64,000 bases of DNA. Source: Opitutales bacterium. GTDB taxonomy: Bacteria > Verrucomicrobiota > Verrucomicrobiia > Opitutales > UBA2987. Shown here one piece after another: positions 40,390 to 52,294 of the stretch. The stretch is taken from assembly GCA_965226885.1 (NCBI GenBank), contig CBDDEL010000012.1:192001-256000 (forward strand), in the 5' to 3' direction. The notes under the pieces were generated by a model. The model saw only the letters and a list, made by a program, of their open reading frames with translations. It made no database searches and was not told where the DNA came from. The first letter of the stretch is position 1. Each line of letters begins with the position of its first letter. A program made the translations under genes and the position numbers.

Positions 40390-41674
40390 TGATCGGACCC
40401 CATCTTTGCTACCACTTTAAGTGAGAGTATTTCCGTAGGTTTGGTATTGTAGGTTTTGCAGCGGGTGGCGCAATGAGGCCGTAGGCCGAATGGAGCCAGC
40501 CGCTGCTTTGTTGATTGTTCGCCAGAGTCTGGCAAATGTATTTGGGGAGAGAAAGCCTAATCGGCTGTGGGGGTGTTTCGCGTTGTATTTGTGTCGCCAT
40601 TGTTCGACCACCACACGCGCTTCGGTCACGCTCAGGAACAGTTCCTGATTAAGGCATTCATCGCGCAAACGATTATGAAAGGATTCTATATGTCCATTCT
40701 GCCAAGGGCTTCCTGGATCAATGTATGCGATGGCAATTTCCTGTCGCTGCAGTTCTTCTTTGACTTGGTGGGCTATAAACTCCGATCCGTTGTCCGAGCG
40801 GATGCACTGAGGTTTGCCGTTCTCTCTTATGGCATCGTTCAATACCTCTACCACATCGGCACTTTTCAGTGAGCGCGCAACCTTAATGGCCAGGCATTGA
40901 CGGGTATGTTCATCGATCAGTGTCAAGAGCCTGAGCGGACCGCCCCGGTCGGTGCGATCCGCCACAAAGTCCCAACTCCACACATGGTTGGGCTGCACTG
41001 CTCGGGTCGGGGTAGCCGTGGATTGGCCCTGCCGGCGACGGCGCTTGCCAGGCGGCCGCACACCCAGTCCTTCGAAACGACGCACTTTTTGGACGAATTT
41101 GCGACTCACGGGCCAACCTTCATGGGTCAACAAAGCGCGGATCCGACGATAGCCATAGCGCGGATGCTTCTTCGAAAAGGCAATGATGCGTGCCACCAGT
41201 TTATGCCTATACTCAGTAGCTTTCTTGGGTTCATACAGGTAGGTTGAGCGGTGCAACCCAAAATACTGACAGGCCCGACGCAGCGAGCACGACCCTTGGG
41301 CCAATACATGCTTCACCGCTTCCTTTTTCTGCTTCGGGCCTACCATTTTTTTGCGTTCACCTCCTTGAGCACACGGTTCTCCAGCATCTGCTCGGCTACT
41401 ATCTTCTTAGGCTGTGTGTTCTCGCGCTCCAGCTCCTTCAGCCGCTTGGCGTCACGCAGCTCCATGCGGCCATACTTTTTACGCCAACGATGGTAGCTTT
41501 GAGGACTGATATTGTGGGACCGACAGACATCCTGAATGCCTTTGCCTGCGTCTACTTCGCGCAGTATCGTTATGATTTGTTCAGGGGTGTATCTTTTTTG
41601 CTTCATAGGTCTTTCCGGTAATTTCTCCAGAAAGACTCTCACTGGCAATGGTAGTGTTTTCGGCGGTCACATCA
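40390..41674 (-). mobile_element. IS3-family element (OrfA 41340-41606, OrfB 40417-41346)
   Basis: YGYRR, WSWDF, RSDNGSEF, PWQNGHIESF; A7 run at the orfA/B overlap; imperfect TIRs TGAT..GACC..CTACCA; no clear TSD. Confidence 0.9.
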
Positions 41675-42645
41675 ACTTTTTAAATTTACCGAGGTGATTC
41701 ACCCTGTTTTCCGATAAAGTTTCTAATTGATCAGGATCAGTAAGCAGACGTCTCAAACAATCGGCCAAGGCATCACAATTTCCATTTGGAAATAGAAGAC
41801 CGCACGGTCCGATCGATTCTCTCAATCCGCCATCCTTTGACCCTACCACAACGCAACCACAAGCAATACCCTCCAATGCGACAATACCAAATGGTTCTGC
41901 CCATAAAGATGGAACCACCAATATCCGGTGAGCATTCATCAATTCGCGCAATTCAATTCCCATCTTAACACCAACAAACTTGACCTGCTCTCTCAGGGAA
42001 AGCTTTTCGCATTGAATGACAAGGGCATTCATTTCGGGCCCATCTCCAACTACCGTTAAGTTAGCTCTAACATTTAATTGTTGTAATTTTGATAGCGATT
42101 CAAGTAGTAACCCAAGGCCCTTGTCTGAAACCAATCGCCCCACAAAAATTAGATCGCACGTTCGGGCAACCTCAGAATCTATTTTAAAAATATCATCGTT
42201 ATAGGGATTAGACACGACTATGGATGATGCAGGCAAATGCTCGGTCACTGCTTCACTGATTGTAATACAAGTGCAAAGTTGATGCAATTGGGCTTAATTG
42301 GGCTTTAATTTTTTCCATTAAATTTCTCGATCCGGTGGACGAACCGATCCAGGTTTGCACAGTCACAACAGTGGGACGTCCAATCAGAATATTAGGCCAG
42401 AGTAAACTGAGAGATATATTATTTTGAAAAATAATATCACTCCATCGCATAATTTCAATCAAGGTTTTAAAATCTGGTCTGCGGTAAACCGTATAAGGAA
42501 AATCGTTTGTTGGTCCCGAATGCGTTGATGTGACCAGAATAACCTCGTGCCCCCCCCGCACCCATTCATTCGCCAGAATTTCTGAAGCGATTTCAATACC
42601 GCCGACCGATGGTGTGAAAGCATAACTTTGCAATAAAATTTTCAA
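41675..42645 (-). pseudogene. GT4 glycosyltransferase, frameshifted by a 10-bp duplication and 3'-truncated by IS3
   Basis: AATTGGGCTT x2 at 42286-42305; removing one copy joins KIKAQL-HQLCTC. FVGRLVSDKG and EPFGIVALEG motifs. Confidence 0.85.
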
Positions 42646-43808
42646 TAGTCCAAATTCGTAATGAATTGCCGCGCAATCCGCTCACGAGTGGATTGTGGAA
42701 TGCCACGTTTCAACCCGCTTGCCAATTTTTTTGCGAAATTTGAATCCAATTTGTGGTATAACAAATTCTCATTAGAAGATGGTGTAGGACCGGATCGCAA
42801 AACCCAGTCATCCCGCAGAAAAAGCACCGGCAATCCGTGATCTACCATGGCAGCCACACTTCCGCTTTTTCCTGCCAATGCTAAGGGTGTTGTCGTGATT
42901 CCGAAGTCCAGAGTTTGCATTATGGTAGATATCGATCCAGAGGACTGTTCTCCCACATTGATAAAATGAATATTTTTACAGTAATGTTTATTTAAATAGT
43001 TCCATATATTCGCACCTCTCTCTCCCATTCTTCCCATAGAAATAATAATCGGAATTTTTTTTAATTTTTTCCAGGTCTTTAATAATTGCCCAAAAACCAC
43101 ATCTGGATTCCAACCGGGATGGATGGTTCCGAAAAAACCAGCCAACACATATTTTTCTCGTTTATTGGCTTCGATTTTAAAACCATTGTAATTCAGCAAA
43201 CGATACGTTTCCTCATAAATGGGATTTGCAACTATCTGTATATTTCCGAATATAGGCAATTCCTCTGCATTGATACCATTCCGGTTTAATAGATATCGAA
43301 AAACTGGATTACTTGTACTAATGATACGGGGTCTGATTTTTCTAATTAATTTAACAATACTTCGTTTTTGAAAATAGCCTATCGCTCTGTCTTTCCAACC
43401 ATATTCCACCGAATCGCCAATCCATATTTCGTGTAGCATAATATGTAATTTACGTCCATCTATGGCTTTTTTAAGTTTGTCCGAAATAGTAAAAACAATT
43501 CCTTTCGGATGAAATCCGTAACCAACAAATTGAAGGCTAACCCATTCGGGGTTCCAGTCTGCCAAATCACGCATAAATTTATTATTGGCGTTCCCATCAA
43601 ATACGTTGTGATACCGTATAGTAGTTAGACCGGATTGTTCATCCATTTCCCTTCTGGAAATCTCCGCTGTATCGATAAAACGGTCCTTCAAAGCGAAAAT
43701 TCTGGATGGATATTTAAAACGATTGCATTCCAATGCAAGAGCTCGAGTATAATCCCCCACCCCATCGTAATTGGGTTCAAGGCATGAGGTTAAAAAAGCA
43801 ATTTTCAT
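42642..43808 (-). CDS. Glycosyltransferase-like protein (GT-B fold)
   Basis: DGVGDYT, LQFVGYGF, HEIW, KSGSVAAMVDHGLP; AT-rich. Confidence 0.65.
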   Translation of the reverse strand: MKIAFLTSCLEPNYDGVGDYTRALALECNRFKYPSRIFALKDRFIDTAEISRREMDEQSGLTTIRYHNVFDGNANNKFMRDLADWNPEWVSLQFVGYGFHPKGIVFTISDKLKKAIDGRKLHIMLHEIWIGDSVEYGWKDRAIGYFQKRSIVKLIRKIRPRIISTSNPVFRYLLNRNGINAEELPIFGNIQIVANPIYEETYRLLNYNGFKIEANKREKYVLAGFFGTIHPGWNPDVVFGQLLKTWKKLKKIPIIISMGRMGERGANIWNYLNKHYCKNIHFINVGEQSSGSISTIMQTLDFGITTTPLALAGKSGSVAAMVDHGLPVLFLRDDWVLRSGPTPSSNENLLYHKLDSNFAKKLASGLKRGIPQSTRERIARQFITNLDY

Positions 43809-43973
43809 GCTGTTCCAACCCCGGGTTTCAAATATGAGGAAGAATTAAATGGATATTCCTTTCCGGCTAATTTTTCCAAACATGAAGCCGTATATTTTTC
43901 AAAGTAGATGACTTTGTCGATAAAAATGGCGAATTCTTTATTAATATTAGTATTTAAAAATGAGATAATTGAA

Positions 43974-44684
43974 TTACAAAGGATGTTTAATAAAAACCAT
44001 TAAATTGGATTTCAACCAGGGCAAAACCTTCAATTGGAGCTCTTTCCGAATGTCTTCGGTAAGAATTTCTTTGAATTGACACCCAACGGTATTGAATTTT
44101 TCGATCCAATATTTTCTAGGCTTCAAATTTATGTGGTGAAAACCGCCTTGTCTTGGTACTGCCGCGGTAAAAATAATTGTTCCGCCTTTTTGACATAGTT
44201 CTACTATTGTATTTACCATAGTATCGGCATATACGTCGTGGATGTGTTCGGCCACTTCCAGACAGAGCACAATTTCAAAACTATCCTTTGGCTGGAATGG
44301 CAGCCGCAAGTCATGCTTTTCGATAACAGGAACTATCGCTTGTTTAAGGGCGTTATCGGTGCCCTCCAGGCCGAAAACCCGCTTGGCGCCCATTTCTTTT
44401 AATAATTGCAAGTAAATACCGATTCCACACCCGACATCGGCAACTGAATCAGGCTTAAATGAATCGTATATTACTTGGCAAAATGTTCGGATATCGGCAT
44501 TCCAATCCCCGCTTTTTCTTTGCGCGAACCAGTCTTCAGGATACAATTGGTTCAAATCATTCCACTTAAATCGATCTCTCCATCGTTGTAAGAATGTAAT
44601 AAATATCCTATAAACATATGAAAATGAAACTCTCCTTATTTTTCTATATAAGGAATTTATTTTCAAATTTTGACGATAAAACAT
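43974..44684 (-). CDS. Class I SAM-dependent methyltransferase
   Basis: VADVGCGIG, LCLEVAEHI, FTAAVPRQGG.HH. Confidence 0.8.
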   Translation of the reverse strand: MFYRQNLKINSLYRKIRRVSFSYVYRIFITFLQRWRDRFKWNDLNQLYPEDWFAQRKSGDWNADIRTFCQVIYDSFKPDSVADVGCGIGIYLQLLKEMGAKRVFGLEGTDNALKQAIVPVIEKHDLRLPFQPKDSFEIVLCLEVAEHIHDVYADTMVNTIVELCQKGGTIIFTAAVPRQGGFHHINLKPRKYWIEKFNTVGCQFKEILTEDIRKELQLKVLPWLKSNLMVFIKHPL

Positions 44685-44840
44685 GGGTGGGATTACTAGA
44701 GGCAGTATGAGATATAGTCTCAGAACCCAAATCGGTTAAGGGTACGGCGGAGCTGGAATAATTGGATCCCATCCTTTTCGTGTTCAAGACAACTTGCTAT
44801 ATTGACAATTAGCATAAATATGTTGAAGAGAATGCAGTAG

Positions 44841-45779
44841 TCAGTTTCGTCTGATAAAGCACCCGATGGCAGCCGCGAGCTTAACCCGTAAGCGATTAAG
44901 CAGAAGTGATGTTTTTGAATATAAACGGATGGGTGCCTCGACATATTGCCAATAAGCCTTATCCGCACGCGTCGGTGGCTCGCCTCTCAAGGCACAGCGC
45001 AGATAGGGTTTATTCCACGGTTTCTTTGCACCCACAGCATGTGACATAACCATCCCGCCTGGAACAAATTCCATACTTTCGGGACCCATGGTCGAGAGAG
45101 AATACGGCGTAGCCATGGCCATCATGTTCATGGTATCCTGATCAAAACCCCAATATACATCCGTACGATGTATGGCCGGCCATCCGTTTAAAACATCCAG
45201 CTCCCCTTGCAATGATTTGTTAATAAGGGACTCCCAAATTTCAAGCGCCTCAAACGATTCTCTGGCCAGTCCGATAAAACCCGAATTATAATAAACATTG
45301 AGTTCTCTGTGGGTGGAATAGCCCTGGCCATCTAGATATCGCTTCCAATGCAATCTCACCGGATGATCGGCCGGCATACAGCCATTTACATCCTGACAAA
45401 GCGCAATCCCCAATCGCACCCAATCTTCAAAGAACGACCACTGGCAATTGATAACGATGTCAGGGTCGAAATAAAAGATGGAATCAGCGACCGGCTCAAA
45501 ATCACGAATGATCCGCCTCATCCACTCCGGCTTGTAGGCAGCCAGATGCATATCCGTAGTGAGGTTGACGAATCGAACCGTTAACTCTTCATTTATATTC
45601 AGCTGGAGGTACTCGCCCTGATCGTTAGCGCTGCCAGCCCACGGTGGAAGTTCACCGCGAAAACCTACATACACAACTCCCCTGTATCCATTTTGATACA
45701 ACGAATTAATCCATACGCCCACGCCGTAGTGGTAATTCTTTTCAAAAAGGGTGCAGGCAATTGAATGGTGATTTTTCAC
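44841..45779 (-). CDS. Putative GT-A fold nucleotide-sugar transferase
   Basis: FYFDPD (DxD), YNSGFIG, DQD, KKPW, resembling GT8-like motifs. Confidence 0.6.
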   Translation of the reverse strand: MKNHHSIACTLFEKNYHYGVGVWINSLYQNGYRGVVYVGFRGELPPWAGSANDQGEYLQLNINEELTVRFVNLTTDMHLAAYKPEWMRRIIRDFEPVADSIFYFDPDIVINCQWSFFEDWVRLGIALCQDVNGCMPADHPVRLHWKRYLDGQGYSTHRELNVYYNSGFIGLARESFEALEIWESLINKSLQGELDVLNGWPAIHRTDVYWGFDQDTMNMMAMATPYSLSTMGPESMEFVPGGMVMSHAVGAKKPWNKPYLRCALRGEPPTRADKAYWQYVEAPIRLYSKTSLLLNRLRVKLAAAIGCFIRRN

Positions 45780-45798
45780 ATGTTCTAAATCTGTTTAG

Positions 45799-47374
45799 CC
45801 CGGATATTTCATGAAGGGTAAAGTTTGGCTCGTTATTGCTATTGGAGATGGATTTCTTTGTATTTTGAGCAGATCGTCTTGATTTTTAGGTGTTTTTCAG
45901 GGTGTAGAGACACTGCCCCCTTTCCCCCATTGGTTCGGTAGTGCCGGGGGCAGCACCAATGCACCCTTTAGGTTGGCACCAATCGGCGGGCCGCATGGTT
46001 GAAAAGACTGGCCCAAGGATAACTCTCACTTAGGTGAAAGTGAATCGTTCGGGTGTTGCGCACGATGACCGCTCCGATCTTGATTAATTTGAGCCGCAGG
46101 AGGGTGTGGCATTGGGCCCGCGCCCACTTCGTCCCTTTTAAGGCTAACCGGCGCATGGCTTCCATCAAGGTGTAGGCCAGCGCCGACAAGAGCAATCGGC
46201 ACTGATTGGCCCACCATTGATGGGCGCTGGTGCGCTCGCTGAACAATTGCATCTGTTCCTTGATTCGGTTCTCCATTTCACCGCGGCCACAGTATACCTT
46301 GTCGTAAAGCTCCTGGGGATCGCCCGGCAGGTTCGTCACCACGAAGCGCGGGTTGGACCCCTGTGCGGTGTGTTCGGCTTTATGGATGACCAACCGCAGC
46401 CATCGCCACGAATCGGCAGCATAGACGAAGTCCTGGAATAACCGTTGTTTTTTACCCCTTAGTTCGAACCATTCTTTGGCCTGCTTTTGCAACTGCTGGG
46501 CGTCTTGCTGCAAGCGTGCATTGCGAGCCATCCCCACGATGTAACTAACTTCGTTGCGGTCGCACCAAGAGAGTATCCGGCCTCGACAAAATCCACTGTC
46601 GGCGCGCCAAATAATCCGCGTACGGGGCCAGCTTTGGCGAATCCGTTTAACCAGCAATTTGAGGATGGCCCCGGCATGCTTGCTGGCATCGATCTTGCTC
46701 GGCCGCAGGTAGGCCACCAGCAGCTGATCACCGCAAAAAACATATAGCGGCAGAAAACAGTGATGATCATAATAACCGTGGAAAAACCGTCCCTCCTGGA
46801 GCCCGTGCACCGGATTGTCGGTGGCGTCAAAGTCCAGGATGATCTCTTCGGGTTCCTCGGCAAAGGAGCCCATGAACTGTTCGACCAACAGCTCGTTTAC
46901 CGCAAAGGCCGCCCGCCGATCCTGCCCGTTTTCAAAACGACACAAAGTCGGCGCGCTGGCCAACGTTTCAATGCGCCCCGTTACCGTTTGCAACAATGGA
47001 TCGTGGCGCAGGGTATCAAAGTCGTTCAAATCCTCATAGCCCGCCACCAGCCCGTAAACGCGCTGCCGCAGCATCCCCAATACCTCATGGCGTACTTTGC
47101 CCTTCTGCCGTTTGTCCACTAACTGTCGGGCCGCTCGTTCGGTCAAGCCCAACTGCCGATCCACTTCCCGGATCAAAAGCAGTCCGGCATCCGAAGTAAC
47201 CTCTCCGCCCTTGAAATCAACCCGCACACGGCGGCCTTTTACCCTTGTCAACTGTAGCTTTAATTGTTTACCTTTTGTCATCGCTGATATTGCTTTAATT
47301 ATTGATCTATCCTGCTGTATATCAGCAGTTAAGCATATCAACGATAACGATACTTTTTTTACGAAATATCCGGG
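45799..47374 (-). mobile_element. IS1380-family element, copy 3 (divergent variant; transposase 45968-47281)
   Basis: Same TIR type; TTAG TSD at 45795-45798 and 47375-47378; many substitutions relative to copies 1 and 2. Confidence 0.95.
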
Positions 47375-47441
47375 TTAGGGGAATGCCTGAAAAGTGACAA
47401 AAGACAGGCAAGGATTGAAATGAAAAGGAAGTGGACCGAGT

Positions 47442-48243
47442 GGTAGTGTATAAAAAAAGAATGTTATTTTGTATTTTTAGCTGTACAAATAGCGTTAGGC
47501 AGTTTATTCTTAGTGCATGGTTACTAAAATTATTAATTGTCGGCACTGTGGAAGTGAAAATATCATTAAATTTGGCAAGACGCCCAACCATAAACAGCGC
47601 TACCGCTGCCATGATTGTGGTAAACAAAGCCGCGAAAACCCCACAGTGAAATACACCGAAGAGCAAAAAGAAATGATCCTTCGAGTCTATCAGGAACGCA
47701 GCAGTCTACGCGGTTTACAGCGCGCCTTCGGGGTGAGTCCCAACACCGTTTTGAGTTGGTTAAAAAAAACGACAATCGCTGCGACCGCTCAAAAGCACGA
47801 TTCTTGCGGCCCGCCGCCATGATGTCATTGAACTGGACGAACTGTGGTCTTTTGTGGGGCGCAAGAGCGATGCCCAATGGGTTTGGATCGCTCTTTGCCG
47901 ACGCACCCGTCAAATCCTCTCCTATGCCATTGGGCCTCGGGATTGGTATCGTTGCCGGGAACTTTACGAGCGTCTGCCACGGGCCTACAAAAGATGTGCC
48001 ACCTACAGCGACTTTTGGAGCACTTATGATGAAGTCTTTCCTCATAACCGCTCCGTGGGAAAAGAAACCGGTGAAACGGCCCATGTGGAACGATGGAACA
48101 ATACCCTGCGCCAACGACTGGGTCGTTTCACACGCAAAACCCTCTCCTTTTCCAAGCTTAAGAGTATGCATGAAACCTGTCTGAGACTTTTCATTCATCA
48201 ATATAATCAAGAATTAGCCACCATTCCTACTTAATACACTACC
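47442..48243 (+). mobile_element. IS1-family element B (802 bp; InsA 47517-47822, InsB to 48234)
   Basis: Near-identical to element A; flanks GACCGAGT / GACCGATT (8-bp TSD, one mismatch); A8 at 47762-47769. Confidence 0.95.
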
Positions 48244-48389
48244 GACCGATTCGGGCTTAATCTTCCAGGCTTTCAAGTAATAAGCAAATGCTGCACGGGG
48301 CGACTTTCGGAAATTCATTTTGCCGGCATTGGCGAAAGCTTCCGATGTTGTTCTTTTTCTCAGAGATTTGGGCAGTTCCAGCCAATTTA

Positions 48390-49503
48390 TTAATCCGGCA
48401 AATAAATAGTGACATATCAATAACTTATGCTAAAGTAGGTTCATGAATAGGAATGATGCGCGTTCACTAAGCGAAGAGACTATATATGAGCTGAGGTGTC
48501 GGGCGGTGGATCTGAAAAGAGAGGGTTGCACTTATGAAGAGGTTTCCGTGGTTTTAAAGGTATCGATCAGCGCTGTGCGCAAATGGTGGGCCCTTTACCG
48601 AAATGGAGGGCCAAAAGCCCTGCGGCTTGGACAACGGGGCCGTCGGCAGGGCCAATGTCGAAGATTGAGCTCCCAACAAGAGCGCATGGTGTGCCGAATG
48701 ATTACCGATAAGAGACCCGACCAGCTTAAGATGCCCTTTGCCCTGTGGACGCGCCAAGCGGTGCAAGAGTTGATTGAAAGGCAGTTTGCTTTGAAGATGC
48801 CGATCCGCACGGTGGGCGAGTATCTTCGCCGTTGGGGTTTCACTCCACAAAAACCTCGAAGACAAGCCTATGAGCAGCAGCCTGAGGCGATTAAGAAGTG
48901 GCTTGATCAAACTTACCCGGCCATCGAAGCCAGAGCCAAAGCGCAACAGGCCCAAATCCACTGGGGAGATGAAACCGGCATCAGTAGCGAAGATCATCGG
49001 GGAAGAGGTTATGCTCCGCGCGGTAAAACGCCAGTTGCCAAACGCAGTGCGCGTCGTTTTAGCACGAGCATGATCTCGACTATAACCAACCGTGGAAAGC
49101 TGCGTTTCATGGTTTACAAGGGAGCCTTGAATGTGGAACTGTTTATCAAATTTCTGCGCCAGTTAATCAAAGGAGCCAAACGGAAAATCTTTCTCATTGT
49201 GGACAATCTGAGAGTGCATCATGCTAAAAAAGTAACCGGTTGGATTGAAGCCCACCGCGATAGGATCGAGATTTTTTATCTACCATCTTACAGTCCCGAA
49301 TTGAACCCCGATGAGTATTTGAATAACACGGTCAAAGCCAACTTGAAGAACCTGCCGGCCCCGCGCAGCCAAATTGAGTTGCAGGGAAGTCTGCGAACCC
49401 ACCTGCGCAGCAGGCAACGAAAACCAATTCTGATTAAAAAACTCTTCCATCATCGGGATGTTCAATACGCCGCTTAACTGTTACTATTCAATTGCCGGAT
49501 TAA
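48390..49503 (+). mobile_element. IS630-family element (transposase 48443-49477, 344 aa)
   Basis: TIRs TTAATCCGGCAA / TTGCCGGATTAA flanked by TA; WGDE, VDNLRVH, YSPELNPDE. Confidence 0.95.
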
Positions 49504-50202
49504 TAGATGCTTTTCGTAGGCCCTCGCCGTATAGTGGACCATCTTGAGGCTGTTTTCCGACAGGGCGTCGCCATGTTTACGGTAAAGACAAGTCTGGGTA
49601 CCCGTGTAGGCGAAACGGAAACCATTGCTTACTGCCCGAAACCAGAATTCCATGTCCTCAACGCTGAGCATTTCATCATCAAATCCACCCACAGATTCAA
49701 AAACCCGCCGGTGAATGACGGCTGACGAGGGCTGGATGATGTATCGATGCAAATACAGGGATAGCGGAAAATCACTAACGTCTTGAGGGGAAGGCGCTCT
49801 TATCGAGATTTTCTTTCCAGTTTCACTTTCAAACAGAATCGAACCTGAATGAACGATCGCCGTATCTGGATCCTTGAAAATATTTACTACAGTTTCAAGA
49901 TGCTCCGGTTTCCAGCAATCGTCGGAATCAAGAAATGCCAGGAGAGGAGATGAAGCCGTTCTGATACATGTATTACGTGTCGCGCTGAGCCCCATGTTTT
50001 GCGAATGCCTCTGGTAAGTTACTGATTGAGCAACCTTTTTCGCAAAGTCGTTAACAATTTCTTCAGTCCGGTCTTTGGACCCGTCCTCCGTTACGATCAT
50101 ATCCCAATTCAGGAAGGACTGATTCCGGACCGAATCCAAGGTCTCGGACAAATACTTGTCCGCATTATAGGCAGGAATGCAGATCGTCACTTCAGGCATG
50201 GC

Positions 50203-51123
50203 TTATGAAACAACTTTACGGTTTACGGGCGAAAATAATGAGAGGAATAACGAGGCGAGAAGGAAACCTGCGTAACGCAGATTCGAGCGCTGGAATTTCC
50301 ACGCTTCACGAAATTCCCCGCAGGCAGTCCAGGGTTCCTGCTTTCGAATGAGCCGCGCGCGCTGGAATAGGCTGTCGGCATAGCATTTTTTCCTCAAAGC
50401 CAAGGGTAAAAATTCGCTTTTCAAATGTTTGTGGTAAAAACGAACTTTATGCGAGGCGACAAGGCCTGTCCGGGCCATCGCGCTTTGCGGATGCTTTAAG
50501 TATTGGCAGGTTACTGCATCCACAAACCCTAATCTAAATCCCTGGGCCACCGCACGTATCCAGTAATCAAGATCTTCAGACACCTTGAGCCCGGTATCGA
50601 ATCCCCCGATACTTTCGTATATGCCACGCCGCATCATAATCAAGCTGGTGGTCTGAACGAAGTTGCTTTCAAACATGGAAGCTGGAGCGTTTTTAACATC
50701 GACCGGATCCGGCTTAATCGTGCCGACAACGCTGCCGGTTGCCTGAAGATAAATATCAAAGCCGCAATAGCAAATGTCACAGCCCTGACTGATAGTTTCA
50801 AGACCGCTTTTGATATGCTCGGGCGTCCACCAATCATCAGCGTCGAGAAATGCAAAAACATCGCCCCGGGCCATCTCCATGAGGCAGTTGCGAGTGGCGG
50901 AAACACCCAAGTTTTCCTCATTCCTTCTGTAGAACACCCGTTGTGATACACTTCGCTCAAATTCTCTCACTATTTCTTTCACGCCGTCATTTGAGCCATC
51001 TTCAACTATAAGCATCTCCCAATTGTCATGCAGCTGCGCTTTTACGCCGTTCAAGGCCTTCTCAATAAAGGGCGCAGCATTGTAAGCCGGGATCAATACA
51101 CTGACGAGTAGGGGCTTATTCAT
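50203..51123 (-). CDS. GT2 glycosyltransferase
   Basis: VSVLIPAYN, EDGSND, FLDADD, EDLDYW. Confidence 0.9.
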   Translation of the reverse strand: MNKPLLVSVLIPAYNAAPFIEKALNGVKAQLHDNWEMLIVEDGSNDGVKEIVREFERSVSQRVFYRRNEENLGVSATRNCLMEMARGDVFAFLDADDWWTPEHIKSGLETISQGCDICYCGFDIYLQATGSVVGTIKPDPVDVKNAPASMFESNFVQTTSLIMMRRGIYESIGGFDTGLKVSEDLDYWIRAVAQGFRLGFVDAVTCQYLKHPQSAMARTGLVASHKVRFYHKHLKSEFLPLALRKKCYADSLFQRARLIRKQEPWTACGEFREAWKFQRSNLRYAGFLLASLFLSLFSPVNRKVVS

Positions 51124-51294
51124 TCAATTTTTCAACGACACATTGGAAGACATATTCCTCACCGGTATGCCGATAAATTCGAGCCATGAAATACTGCCGC
51201 GCATGGAACTTCGGCGGGCAGGCGTGTAGAAAAACCGGCTGACCGCACCGCAACCAACAATGATAGCTTTAATTCTGGAATTTACCGTGCTCAT
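51124..51294 (-). pseudogene. Deletion remnant of a Gfo/Idh/MocA-type oxidoreductase
   Basis: 56-codon ORF starting MSTVNSRIKAIIVGCGAVSRFFY (Rossmann start) and ending abruptly. Confidence 0.55.
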
Positions 51295-51308
51295 ATAATG
51301 AAGAGCTC

Positions 51309-52238
51309 TTATACGACTCGGGGTTGGGAATTCCGATGGTAGCAGGTCGAATACAAGAAGGATAGAAACGTCCAAAAGATATATTTGGGATTGGCCGGGC
51401 TTAATTTGAGTAATTTACAAAAAGACTGAAACCCAAGAGCAGGTTGAATACGCCAATTCAATCTCCCATGAACATAAAGACTTTTTCTCAAATTTTGATT
51501 TCGTAATTTAATAGAAATCAAATCGTTGGAATAATTTTTCTCATAAAACCCCAACATCCCTTCAACCATCTTTAGCGTCTGCGCCATTGCGCTAGAAGTA
51601 TGCTTCCGGTAGTTATAGGAAGCATGTGGTGAATGTGCTACCTTGTAACCGTTAGCAATAATTTGCAGCCAAAAATCCAGGTCCTCACCATAAGAAAGTC
51701 CTTCATCAAACCTCAATCCTGAATCGACTATCTCCCTACGTATTAAAACTGACGGAACCATTATAAAATTATAGTTATAGATGCTATTCGGTATGTCCTT
51801 TAAGGCCTCCCCAGAAGGCAGTTCGTTCCTTTTTGTGTAATGTCCGACTTCATCAATGAAATTGTTGCCGGAGAAACACATACTCGCCTGTTCCCGCTCC
51901 AGCCATTTCAAGGTCAACTCTAAATGATCGCGTTCCCAAGTATCATCGGCATCCATAAAGGCTATGTATTCGCCTTCGGCTTTTTCCATTGCGCTGTTGC
52001 GGGTAAATGATACCCCGCAATTGGTTTCATTCCTGAACAAACGTAAAGGCTGACCATTTGGCGTCCGCAACTGCTTAATAATATCGGCGGTATTGTCGAA
52101 TACACCGTCTTCCCACAGAATGATTTCCCAACGCGGGTATGTCTGCTGAAAAATCGATTCCAGAGATTCTACTATATATATTTCAGCTTTGTGAGCTGGG
52201 ATGACAATACTGATGAGTGGTAGCGTAGGATCGTTCAC
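51309..52238 (-). CDS. GT2 glycosyltransferase
   Basis: ISIVIPAH, FMDADD, EDLDFW. Confidence 0.9.
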   Translation of the reverse strand: MNDPTLPLISIVIPAHKAEIYIVESLESIFQQTYPRWEIILWEDGVFDNTADIIKQLRTPNGQPLRLFRNETNCGVSFTRNSAMEKAEGEYIAFMDADDTWERDHLELTLKWLEREQASMCFSGNNFIDEVGHYTKRNELPSGEALKDIPNSIYNYNFIMVPSVLIRREIVDSGLRFDEGLSYGEDLDFWLQIIANGYKVAHSPHASYNYRKHTSSAMAQTLKMVEGMLGFYEKNYSNDLISIKLRNQNLRKSLYVHGRLNWRIQPALGFQSFCKLLKLSPANPKYIFWTFLSFLYSTCYHRNSQPRVV

Positions 52239-52294
52239 GGAAAAAGTCGTGTTTTAGGCGGTCAGATCATACCCGGTTCAAGGGATGTGACCAA

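Larger units (their letters stand above)
45785..50199 (-). pseudogene. GT2 glycosyltransferase interrupted by IS630, IS1 and IS1380
   Basis: Removing the three IS and one TSD each gives a continuous frame ...YEKHL|NWLELPK...KPESV|HFLFISILACLLSLFRHSP|KQI* with the stop at 45785-45787. Confidence 0.85.
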
